DNA of 42,103 nt from Jimgerdemannia flammicorona (lineage: Eukaryota), in assembly GCA_003990765.1 (NCBI GenBank), contig RBNJ01000095.1:1-42103 (forward strand), in the 5' to 3' direction. A program made the translations under genes and the position numbers. Positions 26,393 through 39,030 of the stretch are shown piece by piece. Numbering within the stretch: position 1 is the stretch's first letter; each line of letters starts with the position of its first letter. The notes below the pieces were generated by a model. That model was not told the DNA's origin. It did no database searches and saw nothing but the letters and a program-made list of their open reading frames with translations.

Positions 26393-27237
26393 CCAGTTGC
26401 CGAAAGTGTACGCCCTCAAAACTATTTAAAAGTAGTATTTTGGTTTGCCCAATCCCTCTGAAGACAATGTTCCGAACCCTAAATGAATAGCATGCACTCT
26501 GAAACCATGAAGGGGAAGTCTTATTCCGGATGTGTTCAAATAATCCCGAATAACGGTGAGCAGAAGGATAGTCCGATATTGACTTACAGCGCAATGTCGA
26601 TCGCTCCAAAGTGTCCTACAGTTTTGAAAGAATGTAAGCAATGTAATTGAGTTGCAGTCGTGATTCCTTATGTGAGAAGCTTTAATGATTTGTATACACC
26701 AAAACTAGATTATGGTAAAGTTATTACTATTGACATGCAGGATTAGTGGTAAATGGAAGATCTCAATTACTTGGTAGACGGCGCGGTGATAGCGTTTTAT
26801 AGATTGGACAAAATACACAAAGGGCATATGCGCACACACCGAGGTCTTATACAATTCAACCAACCTCACATCACTACCAAACAATCCGCCGCCCTCCTCT
26901 TCACCCTCGCCGCCCAGACTCTCCTCGTCGCACCACCTCAGCACCGTCTAGCCCCGTCACTGAGCCCAAGAACGCGATCTCGGCGCTCTCGGCTTCAACG
27001 GTATCATAACAACTCCTATTCTATCGCATGAATTTTGTGCAACGTCCGATTCATTCATTCAGTAGTTTATTTTCGCAGCTTGTCTCCATAAAAATATAAG
27101 CCTCTTTTCAAACCTGAACACTAGGGGGTTCAAAGCGCATTTTCGGATTCGAATTGCGCTCTCAGATTCAGATTGCATTCTTGTACTCCCGAATTTACAT
27201 TGCATTCCGAGTTTTCGCACGTGGCTGACATTACGGT
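26393..27237. repeat. Right arm of the inverted duplication, lacking ~390 bp that encode most of the cysteine-rich product
   Basis: Reverse complement of 23505-24695. The left-arm segment ~23697-24084 is replaced by ~12 bp at 27003-27014. Confidence 0.95.
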
Positions 27238-27816
27238 TCGGAGTTTCGCCAAATCACGTCATTAAGGTATATAAAACGCGGTTTCTGGTATATACTTCAA
27301 ATCTTAAAGAAATTGGACGCATTGTGAGGGATAACAAATGTAATCTGTTCTATCAGATTAAAAGCTTTATAATGCGTTGATTTTTTTTACATTTATTAAC
27401 CTTCTACAAGCCACAGAAGGGTGTTTTCTGTCAACGGATATTTTACATCGCCAAACTGGATCTCTCCATCCACTAGTTCTAAGAGGGGGGGTGGGGTTTC
27501 TAAATTAACAGGATGACAAAGCCAACCTCATTCCGATAATGGCCCCCTTAATATTTGGAAATCTTGATAAAATGTACATTCAAAGTATGCACGCACAAAT
27601 ACTGTGCCAGGATGACCGAATTATTGTTTATCTTCATAAATGGGCAAACCAACCAAATAAGAATTGGCTAGCCGGTGCATTCAATTAAAATATTTAGGAA
27701 ATGTGTCATTTTGTTGTCGATATAGGGGACGCGGGTCAGTAAAAACATTGATAAACCTCCGCCAGGTTTCGCATCCTTCCGCTAGTCATCGCTTTTTCAC
27801 TCCTGTATCAATCCTG

Positions 27817-29963
27817 ATGATAAAACCTACCACCTTAGCATTGCCAGCGTTTCTCGCCGCCATGGCTCATCTCATCACAGCGTTCAGTCCTCCAGGCTCG
27901 ATAGCACAGTCCGCCGTTCTCATCAACGACATGATCTACGTGTACGGTGGCCAAGGAGACAACGTGTCAGCATCGTCAAACTTCTACACGCTCGATGTCT
28001 CCAACTCCTGGACAACAACAAATCCACCATGGACAGATAGAACAAGTGACGCTGGCACCGTTTCTGTTCCTAAGGTGTTTGGGAACATAATGTGGCCCTC
28101 CTCCGCCGGCAATTCCATTTATATTTGGGGCGGATCCGGCGGCTACGATGCCACCAAAAAACCGGCACAAAGCGGATTCGCACAGTACAATATCGCCACG
28201 AGGTCTTGGTCCATTCCATATACTATTGCAAACATGCCGCAGGAAAGATATTTTGCTACTGCTGCGCGGACTTCGTCCGGAAAAGTATATATCTGGGGCG
28301 GGTGGGCCGATTTATACACAGGTTGGTCGCTATCCAGTAGCTTTCAATCAGTGGCTAACCGATTCGTGCTTAACCGACTCCTGTATTTTTATTATTTTGG
28401 TAATGATAGGAAACACTTCCCGCTCAAACGGTGTTCAGACATTTCCCGACACAATTGTTTTCGATACAAACAAGCTGGACTGGAATGTTTGGAATAGTAA
28501 TATCACTCCCAGATTCGGACACACTGCAACGATGCTTCCGTAAGATGACCTTATTACCTCTCTAAATCTCATTAGAATTGTTATTTGCCCTTATTCCTGC
28601 AGATTTGTAACTTGTTGCCCTCTGGTCATCAATCTTTCCAGCAATGGTCAAATGGTCATTATTGGAGGTGTATTAGAACTTCAACCGAATGCTACTTACG
28701 TGACGGGGGAGTTAGCCTCAATGAGCGAGTTTCCAGTTTTTGAGTAAGTTTTTTATTTTTCTGTTTTTTCGTTTTTCTTTCTTTTTTCCTTTCTCCTGGA
28801 CAGAAATTTAATTAATCTAAACTTTATACAAGTACAAATTCTGCTGTGTGGAGTTTGCACAATGCTGTGGGATCTTTCACGCCTAGTCCACGACAATCAC
28901 ACAATGCTGTGTTGGGTAGGTACTCATTCCCCGGTTGTAGCCAAAATCCGACAACAGTCGCCTCCACCAACCCCTCCAACATTGTCTTGGGCCTGATTCA
29001 CCCTGCCCTTGTCATTTCGCTCCGATTACGAATCCGCAGCAGCATTGTTAACGTCCACGAACCGGAATCACGTATGGGCGTGATCCGGCGGGATTAATGG
29101 CGAAAGCATTGGCTAGATATCGGCGGGCGCCTCGGGCGTTAGCATTCGTGTTGTGAAATGCCTATGGTAGCTGACTGCAATTTCTCACTTACAGGCGCAG
29201 ACGGCATTTCCATCATCGTCTGCTGCGGCAGCGGGCAAAGAGCTGCCTCCGACGTTTTTGTGCTCAACACTCAGATTTGGTCGTGGACACAGCCGGCCAT
29301 TAGCGACACCGTGTCTTCAGGAAGAATTGGGGCTTCGGCAGTCATGGTCAATGGGCAGATGATTCTGTTCTTTGGTACGCATGCATTTTTGCTTTATTCA
29401 TCCCCATTTCTTCGTCGATTTATAATACCATACACGCCTTAATTTAAACTGGTAGTGTGCAGGCAGTTTGTTATGGTGCTTTAACATGGGTCTTTCTGCT
29501 CGATTTGCCGATAATAGGAAGATACATATCAGGAAATACCTCAGGCTCGCTCCTGAGCGATGTCGTTGTCTTGGACACTAGGACAACCCCGTTCCGGTGG
29601 ACAACTACTTTTGAACCCGCTTCAACCGACCCACTGGCCGTTGTTGGGGGCGTTTTCGGTATCGTCGGTATTCTCAGTGCATTGTTGGTCATCGTCGTCG
29701 CCATTTTTCTGGTCATCCGCAAACCATGGCGAAAAGCCATTAATGTCGAAATTCCGGTGGCCTCAGTTCCAACGAATCATGACCCCGCCCCATTTGTCAA
29801 ACCCCTCCCTCTAAATCCCCCTCTAAATCCAAATAACCCCTATCTCAATCGACTGCAGAACCCAACAAACCAGTATGGTTACGGCAGTCAGCCCACGCCA
29901 TATCAATCTGAAAACCCCTACTTCCAGGGCAGGACCCAGGCTCCACCATCCCAATTTTCTTAG
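27817..29963 (+). CDS. Secreted Kelch-repeat (galactose-oxidase-like beta-propeller) single-pass membrane protein, 6 exons (27817-28321, 28410-28539, 28642-28743, 28833-28915, 29195-29374, 29518-29963), ~481 aa
   Basis: Signal peptide MIKPTTLALPAFLAAMAHLITA; Kelch motifs IYVYGG, IYIWGG, VYIWGG, PRFGHTATML, MVIIGG, PRQSHNAV; TM helix AVVGGVFGIVGILSALLVIVVAIFLVI followed by RKPWRK; P/Q/Y-rich tail. Splice phases are consistent (1446 nt). Confidence 0.9.
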
Positions 29964-30744
29964 AAGATTGGATAGTAAATTTCTGTAGGCATGTCGCACC
30001 CTGTTCCAGTACTTCAATGGACTTTCATTCCCATTTTGAAGTTTTTATTTAAATAAATATCAAAAATAAAGGTTTACATTCCCAAAGAATCTGAACGTTT
30101 CCAAGGAACGACTCTCTGTAAGTAAACTCTGCTGCTAACTGATATGACCTGTCGTCGCACCTGCTTCAAACGCGGGTAGACCCGCGACACATCTCCTGGG
30201 ACTCGAATATGCTGTTGCAACCAAACGACCCGGCGTCTCGGTGAACTTCGGTCTGTGAAGCGGCTACCGTGGTGCTCCTTAAAAGCTTTGTACCTAGTCC
30301 ATTTGTGTATATACAAAATTGCCGAGGTGTTATAAGCTTGAGCCGCGGAAGTTGCCGCCAATTTTCTGGCCAGCAGTCCGAAGCCAAACTGAACGGACAA
30401 GATTTGTCCCGTCCTTTCCTATACAAAAAAAAAAAAAAAAAAAAAAAAAGCGTTATGCCAACGATTACAAACGACGATTACAAAGCGCAATATCCGTATC
30501 ACCCTTCGTCACATATACGCCACGTACCTCATTGACTCGATAGGAAAGTTGCTAGTTAGGGTAAGCTGGTATTTCAAAATGAAATGATTGTTCTGCTGAT
30601 ATATATTGTCCTTTAATATCTTTATTATAGTTATAGGTAATGTTCTGAATGGGCCCGAACGGGATATCTCGGACTTGGTCTCGACAACATCCGACTTATG
30701 GTAATGATTATAAAATGGCAATTACCGAATGTCAATAATAGAAC

Positions 30745-30880
30745 GACGACTATCCGCGAAAACGAACGACAACGACAACAACGACAAACCGCGCACGGCG
30801 ATAACAACGAACTGCGGAAATGAACTGAAAAGCAATGACAACGACAAACTGCGGAACGACAACGAACCGCAGAACGAAGC
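30745..30880. repeat. AACGAC-rich degenerate repeat
   Basis: Repeated AACGACAAC and AAC(C/T)GCG units. Confidence 0.6.
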
Positions 30881-31370
30881 TGCTGTGCTACCAGGTGCTG
30901 TCGTTCCGTCTCGACTGGGAAGTCCCCGTCCCGTTCGGGGCATTGGCAAGACATTGCGGCGGATTGAATTGACCTCGTCCCGCCCCGTAAAAGAGGCAAA
31001 GGTTTCGCGACGACAATGATAGCAGGAAAATCGATAAGAATCGCGTCGAGATAGACGTATACCGTCAGGCGGAGCACTGATCTTCTCGAATGCACGCAGA
31101 CTTCAGAGTGATGTTTGAAGAAAGTATTCGACCTATTCTTTATTGCTACAGACACCGAGAGTATTTTACAAGTTGCTGTGATGCAAAGCTAAAATACGAT
31201 TGGTTAATGAAAAATAATAATAATGTAACAGCGTTTGGATATCCTTTAGCTAATTCAGGGACACGGTTCACGTGACTAGCGACTTTATCCCAGACACTAT
31301 GCATATTGTGACGAGCAAACATTATAGCATAGCTAGATGACGTACAAAGAACACTTAGCATAGTTACCCC

Positions 31371-33139
31371 TTTATTTTTATTTTTATTTTTTTTTTTTAT
31401 AGTCACATGGACTTCCACTTTATTACCAAACCATCTATAATGTATATACTACTAATACAAATGAGCTCCTCACTCTATCTCCCTTAGAAACTCCCTCTCC
31501 TCCTCATCATTTTTCCAAAACACTGCCAACCCCCCTGCTACCCCAATCCTCCCCCCACTATTCCTATAGATAGTCTCCACCAATCACCTCCAATACTTCT
31601 CACCAGCACCCTCCATCCCTCCACCACCCATTCAATATATCCATCATCAGTCACTTCTATCTCACCTTTATCTTCAATATCAACTATTGACCCTCCTCAA
31701 ATACAGAAAGCCAATAACCTGCAAGACTGACCCAAATTGCCAGCACCCATCCTAATGTCAACCACTCATCTCCCAACTTCCCCACCAGCCTCCTCTGAAG
31801 GTCCCCCCATCTTTCTTTAGCTGCCAACTCTAGTAGATAGACCCTCAGCTATATCTCAATCTCTCTCTAAAAGTCACCCATCACCTCACACTCTCCCAGC
31901 TAATATTCAGGTGTCTGTACCACTCCTCCCTTCTGCCCAATATTCAAATACTCCTCATACTCCTGGGTTCCTCCTTCCACCAAGTGACCCATTCAGTAGT
32001 TTAATATTATATTATACTATAGAATTTTCTACCATATCACTCAAAACTTGGGGGGAATTTATCTCACTGCCTGCTTGCTCTACTATCAAATGCCATTTCA
32101 GTCCCACTCCTCTCCAATTCCCACTCTCTACCATGTCTCAGGCCACAGATCTCTTCTATATTTCTGAAGGTCCTCAATACTATCCTCTAAATAGAAGTTA
32201 TCTACTAGTATTCCACCCAACAGAAAGCAGTCCTACCTCTATATCTGGGGTCTCCATTTCTCCTCCCCCTCATTACTCTACCATCAGAGACCAATACAAT
32301 ATGCCCCATCAACCATCTCTACCAAAATCCCCTATAGTATATCCTCTGACTCACCTCTAATACTACCAGAGATAGAAGATTTCCAGTTACTCTATAAGGG
32401 AAGAACTGGGCCTCCCACACCCTCTGTATGAGGAGAACCCACTCTCTGCCTCTCAACTCACTCACTTGCTTCATCCACCATACTCTTAAGTAGTAAAGAT
32501 ACTTGGGGAAATTTACTAGACCCAGGCCACCTCAGTCTATTGACCAGGTTAACACCTTTCAACCAATCTGACTCCATTGGCCCCATCCATATCTAAATCT
32601 TGGCCATCTTCAGCAATCACTTGACCACTCACACTAGGAAGTCCAAGTAGTACTCTAGATACTATAGCTTAGGCATCCAGTAGATATTCAATACTGTTAC
32701 CCTTTCTGTCAGAGATATATAGTGACTACCATACTCTAAGAGAGTGCCTACTCACTCTGTCAACCACTGCTCCCACTACCTACATGGTAGCAAGGAGCCA
32801 TATACTGAAAAGTAAATTCTCAGATAGTGAACAGCCTCTCCTATAAAGATAATTGTCTCAATCACATTCCCACTAACTATCCCTCCTCCTAACACCAAAG
32901 TCTCATACTTATGCCAGTTGAGCTTAGCACCTGAGCATCCCTCATACTACTCTATGATACCTTTCAGTACTGCAATATTCTCAGCTGACCTCAGTCTAAC
33001 TATTATATTATTGGCAAAGACCTTTACCTTTCAATTAACCTCCAGAATGTCCAACTCTCCCACCTTTCACTGTATCCTATCTAAAAGAGGCTCTAGGGAC
33101 AACATATACAGAATCAGTAACAGTGAATCCCCTTATAGC
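31371..33139 (-). mobile_element. 3' part of a degenerate L1/Tx1-like LINE (C-terminal RT region and poly-A tail)
   Basis: The minus strand reads GDSLLLILYMLSLEPLLDRI (cf. GDPLSP...LEPL), VKVFANNII (cf. FADD), GAKLNWHK, ERVTVLNIYWMPKL*Y and GGLGLVNF. The poly-T tract at 31371-31398 is the poly-A tail. Many in-frame stops. Confidence 0.85.
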
Positions 33140-33165
33140 TAGTGCATTGCAACCTGAGCTGACCC

Positions 33166-33530
33166 ATGTATATATTTAACCCAACCCAGAATTATATGTC
33201 ACCTGTCTTTAACCCAACTTGGAATTATACATCACCCATCTTTAACCTGACCCAGAATTATACATTACCCATCTTTAACCCAACCCAGAATAATATATTA
33301 CCTATCTTTAATCTGATTCAGAATTATATGTCACCTATCTTTAACCTGACCTGGAAATGTATATCACCTGTCTTTAACCCAACTCAGAATTATACATAAC
33401 CCATCTTTAATCCAACCTGAGAAATATATGTGACCCAACCCAAGAAATATACATGACCCAATCTGAGAAATATATATGATCTGACCCTGACCTGTATTTA
33501 ACCCAACACAGACCCATCTTTAATCTGTCT
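33166..33530. repeat. Left subterminal repeat array of the hAT (33-bp unit TTTAACCCAACCCAGAATTATATGTCACCTGTC-like)
   Basis: About 8 tandem 33-bp units followed by shorter related units; mirrored at 38680-39030. Confidence 0.9.
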
Positions 33531-33688
33531 TTAAGCTACAAGGCACCAAAAAAAATATATTGCACATCTAAGATATATATTTAGAATAAATAAACAGAAA
33601 CATAATTAGGAATCAGAAATCAAAATGAAATCAGAAATAAATAGAAAGTAAATCAGGAAAATAAAGAACTTACTGATGTGAATAGATC

Positions 33689-35000
33689 TTACTCTTCATC
33701 ACTATAAACTAACTGATCCTCCTCCTCTTCATTGCTATGAACTAACTGATCTTCCTCCTTCTCATATTCTGAACCATTTTCCTCCATATATTCTGAACTG
33801 CTTTCCTCTATATCCTCCTCCTCTATATCCTTCTCTGCACTGACCTCCTCTACACCAACCTCTATTTTGTCCTTCACACTGACCTCCCCATGTTCCTCTG
33901 CACTGATCTCCCCATGTTCCTCCACACTGACCTCCCCTGTATTGACCTCTCCATATTCCTCTGTACTGACCTCCCCTATACTGACCTCTCCATATTCTTC
34001 TGCACCAACCTCCCCCATACTGACCTCCCCTGTGCTGACCTTCCCCATGCCGACCTCTCCACTGACCTCTCCACCAGTACTGACTCCTCTACTGGCACTG
34101 ACCTCTCCCACCTCTCCATCTCCTCCACCACCACCCCTCTCAACAAAATGTACAAGTCTGCTATCCATCAGTCACATATAAAGCATTTTATCATTCTTCA
34201 CTGGTACTTATTCAAATATGGCCAGCAGTTTTTTGTGTTCATCCATAATGACAATTCCATCTGGACAACCTCACTTGTTCTATGCTTTGGCATTCACCTT
34301 GAAGCCAGTGTGGTATGATGAATATTCCATGATTTTTGCATAGTTTTCTATCACTCTTATGACTTCTTGCCTCAGTTGGTCATTATGTACTTTCTTGATG
34401 CATTTGTTAGCTGCAGCAAAAGCATGCCTAATGTTCAATTTGTAAGATCTTTTCTCCATGAGATTTGGGGTATCTAGGAAATTGGTTTGGTAATACTTCC
34501 AGGTAGTATTTGGATAAACTTGATGCAAAAATAGTAATTGTAGCAAGATTTGTACTCTGGCCCAGGCTTAGAAGCTGGAGGATATGTATATTTCAAATGT
34601 TATTAGAAAAAAAATTTGAACATTGATTTAAAAAGAAAAAAAAAAAAAAAACTAACTTTTTTGAGCTGCATTATTGGGATCTGGTGGGAGACCTTATGCT
34701 TACAGACTAGTGGTGAGCTGGCAGTCAAGCTGGAGATTGGGGAGCTGAGGGTCAGCGAGCTGAGAGTTGGTGAGCTTGGCAACCTGGGTGTTAGCAAGCT
34801 TGGCAGGCTGGGTGTCAGCAAACTTGACAGGCTGGGTGTTGGCAAGCTCAGCAGGCTGAGTGTTGGCAAGCTTAGCAGGCTGGGTGTCAGCAAGCTAGGC
34901 ATCTTTAGGATGCCAAGCTTTGGGACAGTGAGCTGAAGCATATTGAGCTTGGGGGGGGCCAAGTAAATACTTATTGGCCAGGTGGTCATATCCACATTTT
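33689..35000 (-). pseudogene. Second (cargo/accessory) gene inside the hAT, divergent from the transposase; unknown function; 5' boundary approximate
   Basis: ORFs 34280..34546 and 33689..34168 share one frame and are joined through four stops explainable by C-to-T changes. A likely intron has its GTTAGT donor near 34655. There is a P/S-rich repeat upstream, then GEVS repeats and an acidic tail. Confidence 0.6.
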
Positions 35001-35299
35001 CTCAACATAGTAGTGAATTAAGTGAGGCAAAGCAAAGGATGAGGCAAAGTAAAGAATGAGGTGAAAAGAACAAGATGCGAAAGTAAGCTTTTGATATCTT
35101 AAATATTCAAAAGCTATAATATCTTTCAGAAGCTCTTTCCAAATCTCTTCAAAATCTCTTTTAGAATCTCTTCGAAATCTCTTTTGAAACTCATTTCTAA
35201 ATTGCATATTGTTTGCAATCTGAGGAATGAGGGTGAGAGAGATGGAGGAATATATGAGAGTTGTATAAGAGAAGTGGAATGCAAGAGGAGTAGAATACA

Positions 35300-35506
35300 A
35301 GAGAAGTGGAATGCAGTGAGGAAAGCTCCAGATTGCAAGCATAAGTGTAAGCATAAGCACAAGTGCAAGCTTTGCTCCACTCAGCTGATAGCTAATATTA
35401 CATGATATCAGCTTATTATCAGCTTATCAGACTGAGTGGAGCAAAGCTTATGCTTACACTTACACTTGTAATCCAGAGCTTTCCTCACTGTGTTCCACTC
35501 CTCTCT
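35300..35506. repeat. Imperfect palindrome 1 inside the hAT
   Basis: GAGAAGTGGAATGCAGTGAGGAAAGCTC...GCTTTGCTCCACTCAG pairs with CTGAGTGGAGCAAAGC...GAGCTTTCCTCACTGTGTTCCACT. Confidence 0.85.
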
Positions 35507-35520
35507 GTATAATTCAGCAG

Positions 35521-35941
35521 GTTCTGTGTAAGCTCCAATTGAGTGAGGTTTGCAATGATGTTTGAGCGAGATTTGTAGTGTATTTAAGTGAGATTTGCAA
35601 TAAAATTTGCAGCAAGGTTTGAGTGAGATTTGCAAGCAAGATTTGTATAAGCCAGGCTTTGCAAGCCTTGCACTTACAAGCTCAGCTGATAGCTGATATC
35701 ATGTGATATCAGCTTATATACACATTATATCAGCTTGTAACTGAGATTGTCTAGGCTTGCAAGTGCAAGGTTTACAAAGCCTGGCTTATACAAATCTCAC
35801 TTTAATCTTATGTGCAAATCTCACTTGCAAATCTTGCTTTAATCTTGCTTGCAAATCTTACTCAAACCTCACTGCAAATCTCACTCAAATGCACCACAAA
35901 CCTTGCTCAAATGTTGTTGCAAACCTTGCTCAATACAGAAC
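35521..35941. repeat. Imperfect palindrome 2 inside the hAT, arms built of GAGATTTGCA repeats
   Basis: AGATTTGTATAAGCCAGGCTTTG...CCTTGCACTT pairs with AAGTGCAAGG...CAAAGCCTGGCTTATACAAATCT; outer ends GTTCTGT and ACAGAAC. Confidence 0.85.
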
Positions 35942-36099
35942 ATGCTGAATCTCCAAAGTATATTTGCTGTTTGCAGTTATATGATGGGTACCAGTTCACC
36001 ACCCATGCATATTTATTCATCCATCCTCTGTCCACAATCGATCATTGGCTATCACACACCACCTTGCTGCTCTCTCTCTCACTACCCTTTAGCTCACTG

Positions 36100-38640
36100 A
36101 CTCCTGTTCCAGGCCCCACAGTTCCTGGCTTTTCCCACTGCTCACCACCTCCCCCCAACTCCCTGTCTTCTAGTTCACTGCCCCCCAGCTCATTTCCCAG
36201 TTTGCCACTCCCTAGCTTGCCACTTCCTAGCCACTTTCCAGCTCTCAGCCTCCCACTCAAGCTCCCAGTCTCTGCTATCATCAAACAATCGAAATGTCTA
36301 AAGATCAAAAAGTACATTTAGAAGAAATCTCAGAACCATTGGATGATATATTGGAGGATATATTGGAGGATATATCAGATATCTCCACCAGTTTGTTATC
36401 ACCAATGAGTATGAGAATAAAAATAAAACAAAACCTAGTGATAGCTAAGTGTGGAATTATGCTACAAAGGTAGTTTTATATATTGTGCTAATAGTTACAT
36501 TCATAGGGGTGATTGGTCTCATCAGTCATAAGGGTGGATGGTCAGTTGTAAGCAGTTGAGGTTCTAATATAGTCTCATATCTCTCTATTCAAATAGAATT
36601 TACAAAGTAAGCTCATCAGTTACAATCATTGTATGACTTAGAGCTATATATCGAAGGATGGCAATATCAACAATCTTAAATGACATCTTTAGAAGTATCA
36701 CAATACCATGCTCTTACCTCTCCAGCATGCTGAGAATCCTCACTGGTCTAAGAAAGATAATATTGTGAGTATGGATAGAATGGAATTCAGAAAGTACTTA
36801 GGAGATTATTAGAAAAATAATTCATCAAATTTTATTATTATAAATAGGAACACACTAGTAAGACTTTAAGTGATGAAAATTTCCATTGATTAATTGCCAA
36901 CTTCATTGTTACTAGATATCAACCATTCTCCACTATTGAAAAAACTGGCTTCAAGTATCTCCTTTACATATTACACTCTGATCTGGCCCTTCCATCGGCA
37001 GATATGATTTTGCAAGTCATTCAAAAGGAATTCAAACTATTGTAGACTCAAGTGAAAGTAAGGCTAGCAGGGCTTAAGTCAAAGATGTCACTTATACTTG
37101 ATTGTTGGACATCAGACATTAACATCAAGACCTTTCTTGGAATAACAGCCCATTGGATTGATAGTGATTGGAAGATGCATAACATTATTTTAGACTTTGT
37201 AAATATCAGCGAAATAATATACATGGGTGTCAATCTTGCGAAAAGTCTGGAGCTGGTAATAGATGATTTATTGTCTAGTGATAATCAAATCATTGCTGTT
37301 GTGTGTGACAATGCCAGTAACAATGATACTCTGTTTGAGAATCTTCATCATCTGCTTGCTCATATATACTGTTTTGGGCATATATTGAATCTTGTTGTTC
37401 ATGATACTCTTGGTTCTCTTAGCAAGCCCATTGGAAAACTATAGGAGTTGATAAAGAAGATAAAAAATTCAGCACAACAATAAGCACAACTGGCAAAGAT
37501 CTGTGAATCCTCTGGAATTCCCATTTTGAAGCCTCTCTTAGATGTTATAATGAGATAGAGTTCTATATATAAAATGTTAGCACATGCTCTGGAGATTCAT
37601 AAGATAAGATTTTGAATCTATTTGTATAGATTTTGGAATATAATTTGGTACTAAATAAATTGATATTACATCCAAATAGGGCTTGGATATATTGTATATC
37701 ATGGATAAGCAAATGAGTGATATATCTGAAGATACATAGCAACAATTTGAATTGATTTGCTGATTTCTTGAGCCTTTTGCCAAAGTGACAACCATGATGT
37801 CAGCTTTGAAGTATTCTGCAATAGTGGCTGTTATCCCACTATTTAATTAGCTATGTGTCACTTTGAAGATATCATCAATATATATCAAACTGGGAAATAT
37901 TTTAATTAGATATATATATGATTTTGAAAGTAATTTTATTTGTAAATTTAGGAACTAATTTAGTAAGTAATTGGGAAGTAATATGTGTATATTTTTATTT
38001 TTTATAGATAATGCTTACTGCTGCTGAGAATGTATGTACAAAACTTCTAAAGTATTACTGCAAGATAACACCATTATACAGCATAGCTTCAGCCTTAGAT
38101 CCACATATCAATATGTATTATTTCTATTGTGAGTAATGGAAAAAATTCTTAATTGATGAATGGAAGAATCAGATAGAATATATCTGGGAAAAGGAGTATA
38201 AGCCTATTAATGCTGTCATTATACTCTCAATATCTCATAATGCTGATGATTTTATCAACTCAATATGAGAAGAAACAGCACATCAATATGGATGATGAGC
38301 TTGAATAGTGAGTGTTGTTTTTATGTTTTTTGGTTGGCTTGGTTAATTTTCACTCATATTTCTCTGTTTCAGTTATTTGTCAGAGAATCCAGCTGATTCT
38401 CGTATAGATATATTGGATTGGTAGCAGCGAAATCAGTTGGTATATCCTAATCTTTCACAAATGGCTTGCAATTATCTTGCTATTTTGGTGACATCTGTTC
38501 CATCTGAACATATTTTTTCTATTACTAGTGAGCTAGTAACTGAATGTCGAAACAGCTTGTATATAAATACAATTCATGCATGCATGTATTTGGATTCTTA
38601 GTAGTCTTCAGATATTTTTCACTTTCAATTGCTCTGAATA
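36100..38640 (+). pseudogene. hAT (Ac/Tam3-like) transposase pseudogene with probable introns; boundaries approximate
   Basis: BED-like VWNY near 36450; SLILDCWTSD...FLGITAHWIDSDW; VCDNASNN; HIYCFGHILNLVV (CxxH); MR*SSI (cf. TRWSST); C-terminal dimerisation motif DILDW*QRNQLVYPNLSQMACNYLAILVTSVPSEHIFS. Multiple stops. Confidence 0.92.
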
Positions 38641-38679
38641 TTATCTAAATATTTTCTGAATCATTTTTTTAGGGCAGAG

Positions 38680-39030
38680 TTCAGAGGGTTGGGTTCAGGG
38701 TCAGGTTCAGGGGTCAGGTTCAGGGTTGGGTTTAGGGGTCAGGTTCAGGTTTGAGTTAAGAGTAAATAATGGGTCAGATGATATATATTTCCAGGTCAGG
38801 TTAAAGATGGGTTATGTTTAATTCCAGGTCAGATTAAAGATGAGTAATGTATCTTTCTGGATCAGGTTAAAGACAGATGATGTACAATTCTGGATTGGAT
38901 TAAAGACAGGTGATGTATAATTCTGGGTCAGGTTAAAGACAGGTGACATATAATTCTGGGTTGGGTTAAAGATGGGTAACATCTAATTCTGAGTTGGCTG
39001 TTTTACAGGTCAGGTTTCAGATTAATTGGA
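38680..39030. repeat. Right subterminal repeat array of the hAT (inverted relative to the left array)
   Basis: GGGTCAGGTTCAG units, then 33-bp GGTTAAAGACAGGTGACATATAATTCTGGGT units. Confidence 0.9.

Noticed and set aside
23505-27237. Foldback or Mutator element with long TIRs
   Set aside because: No TSD or transposase found; the arms contain a host-like pseudogene and its upstream region.
30631-31155. ORFs of 174 aa and 96 aa as genes
   Set aside because: They arise from the stop-poor AACGAC repeat.
33166-33420. 33-bp array as CRISPR, or ORF 33166..33399 as a repeat protein
   Set aside because: No unique spacers; the array is mirrored at the other end of the hAT, so it is a subterminal repeat.
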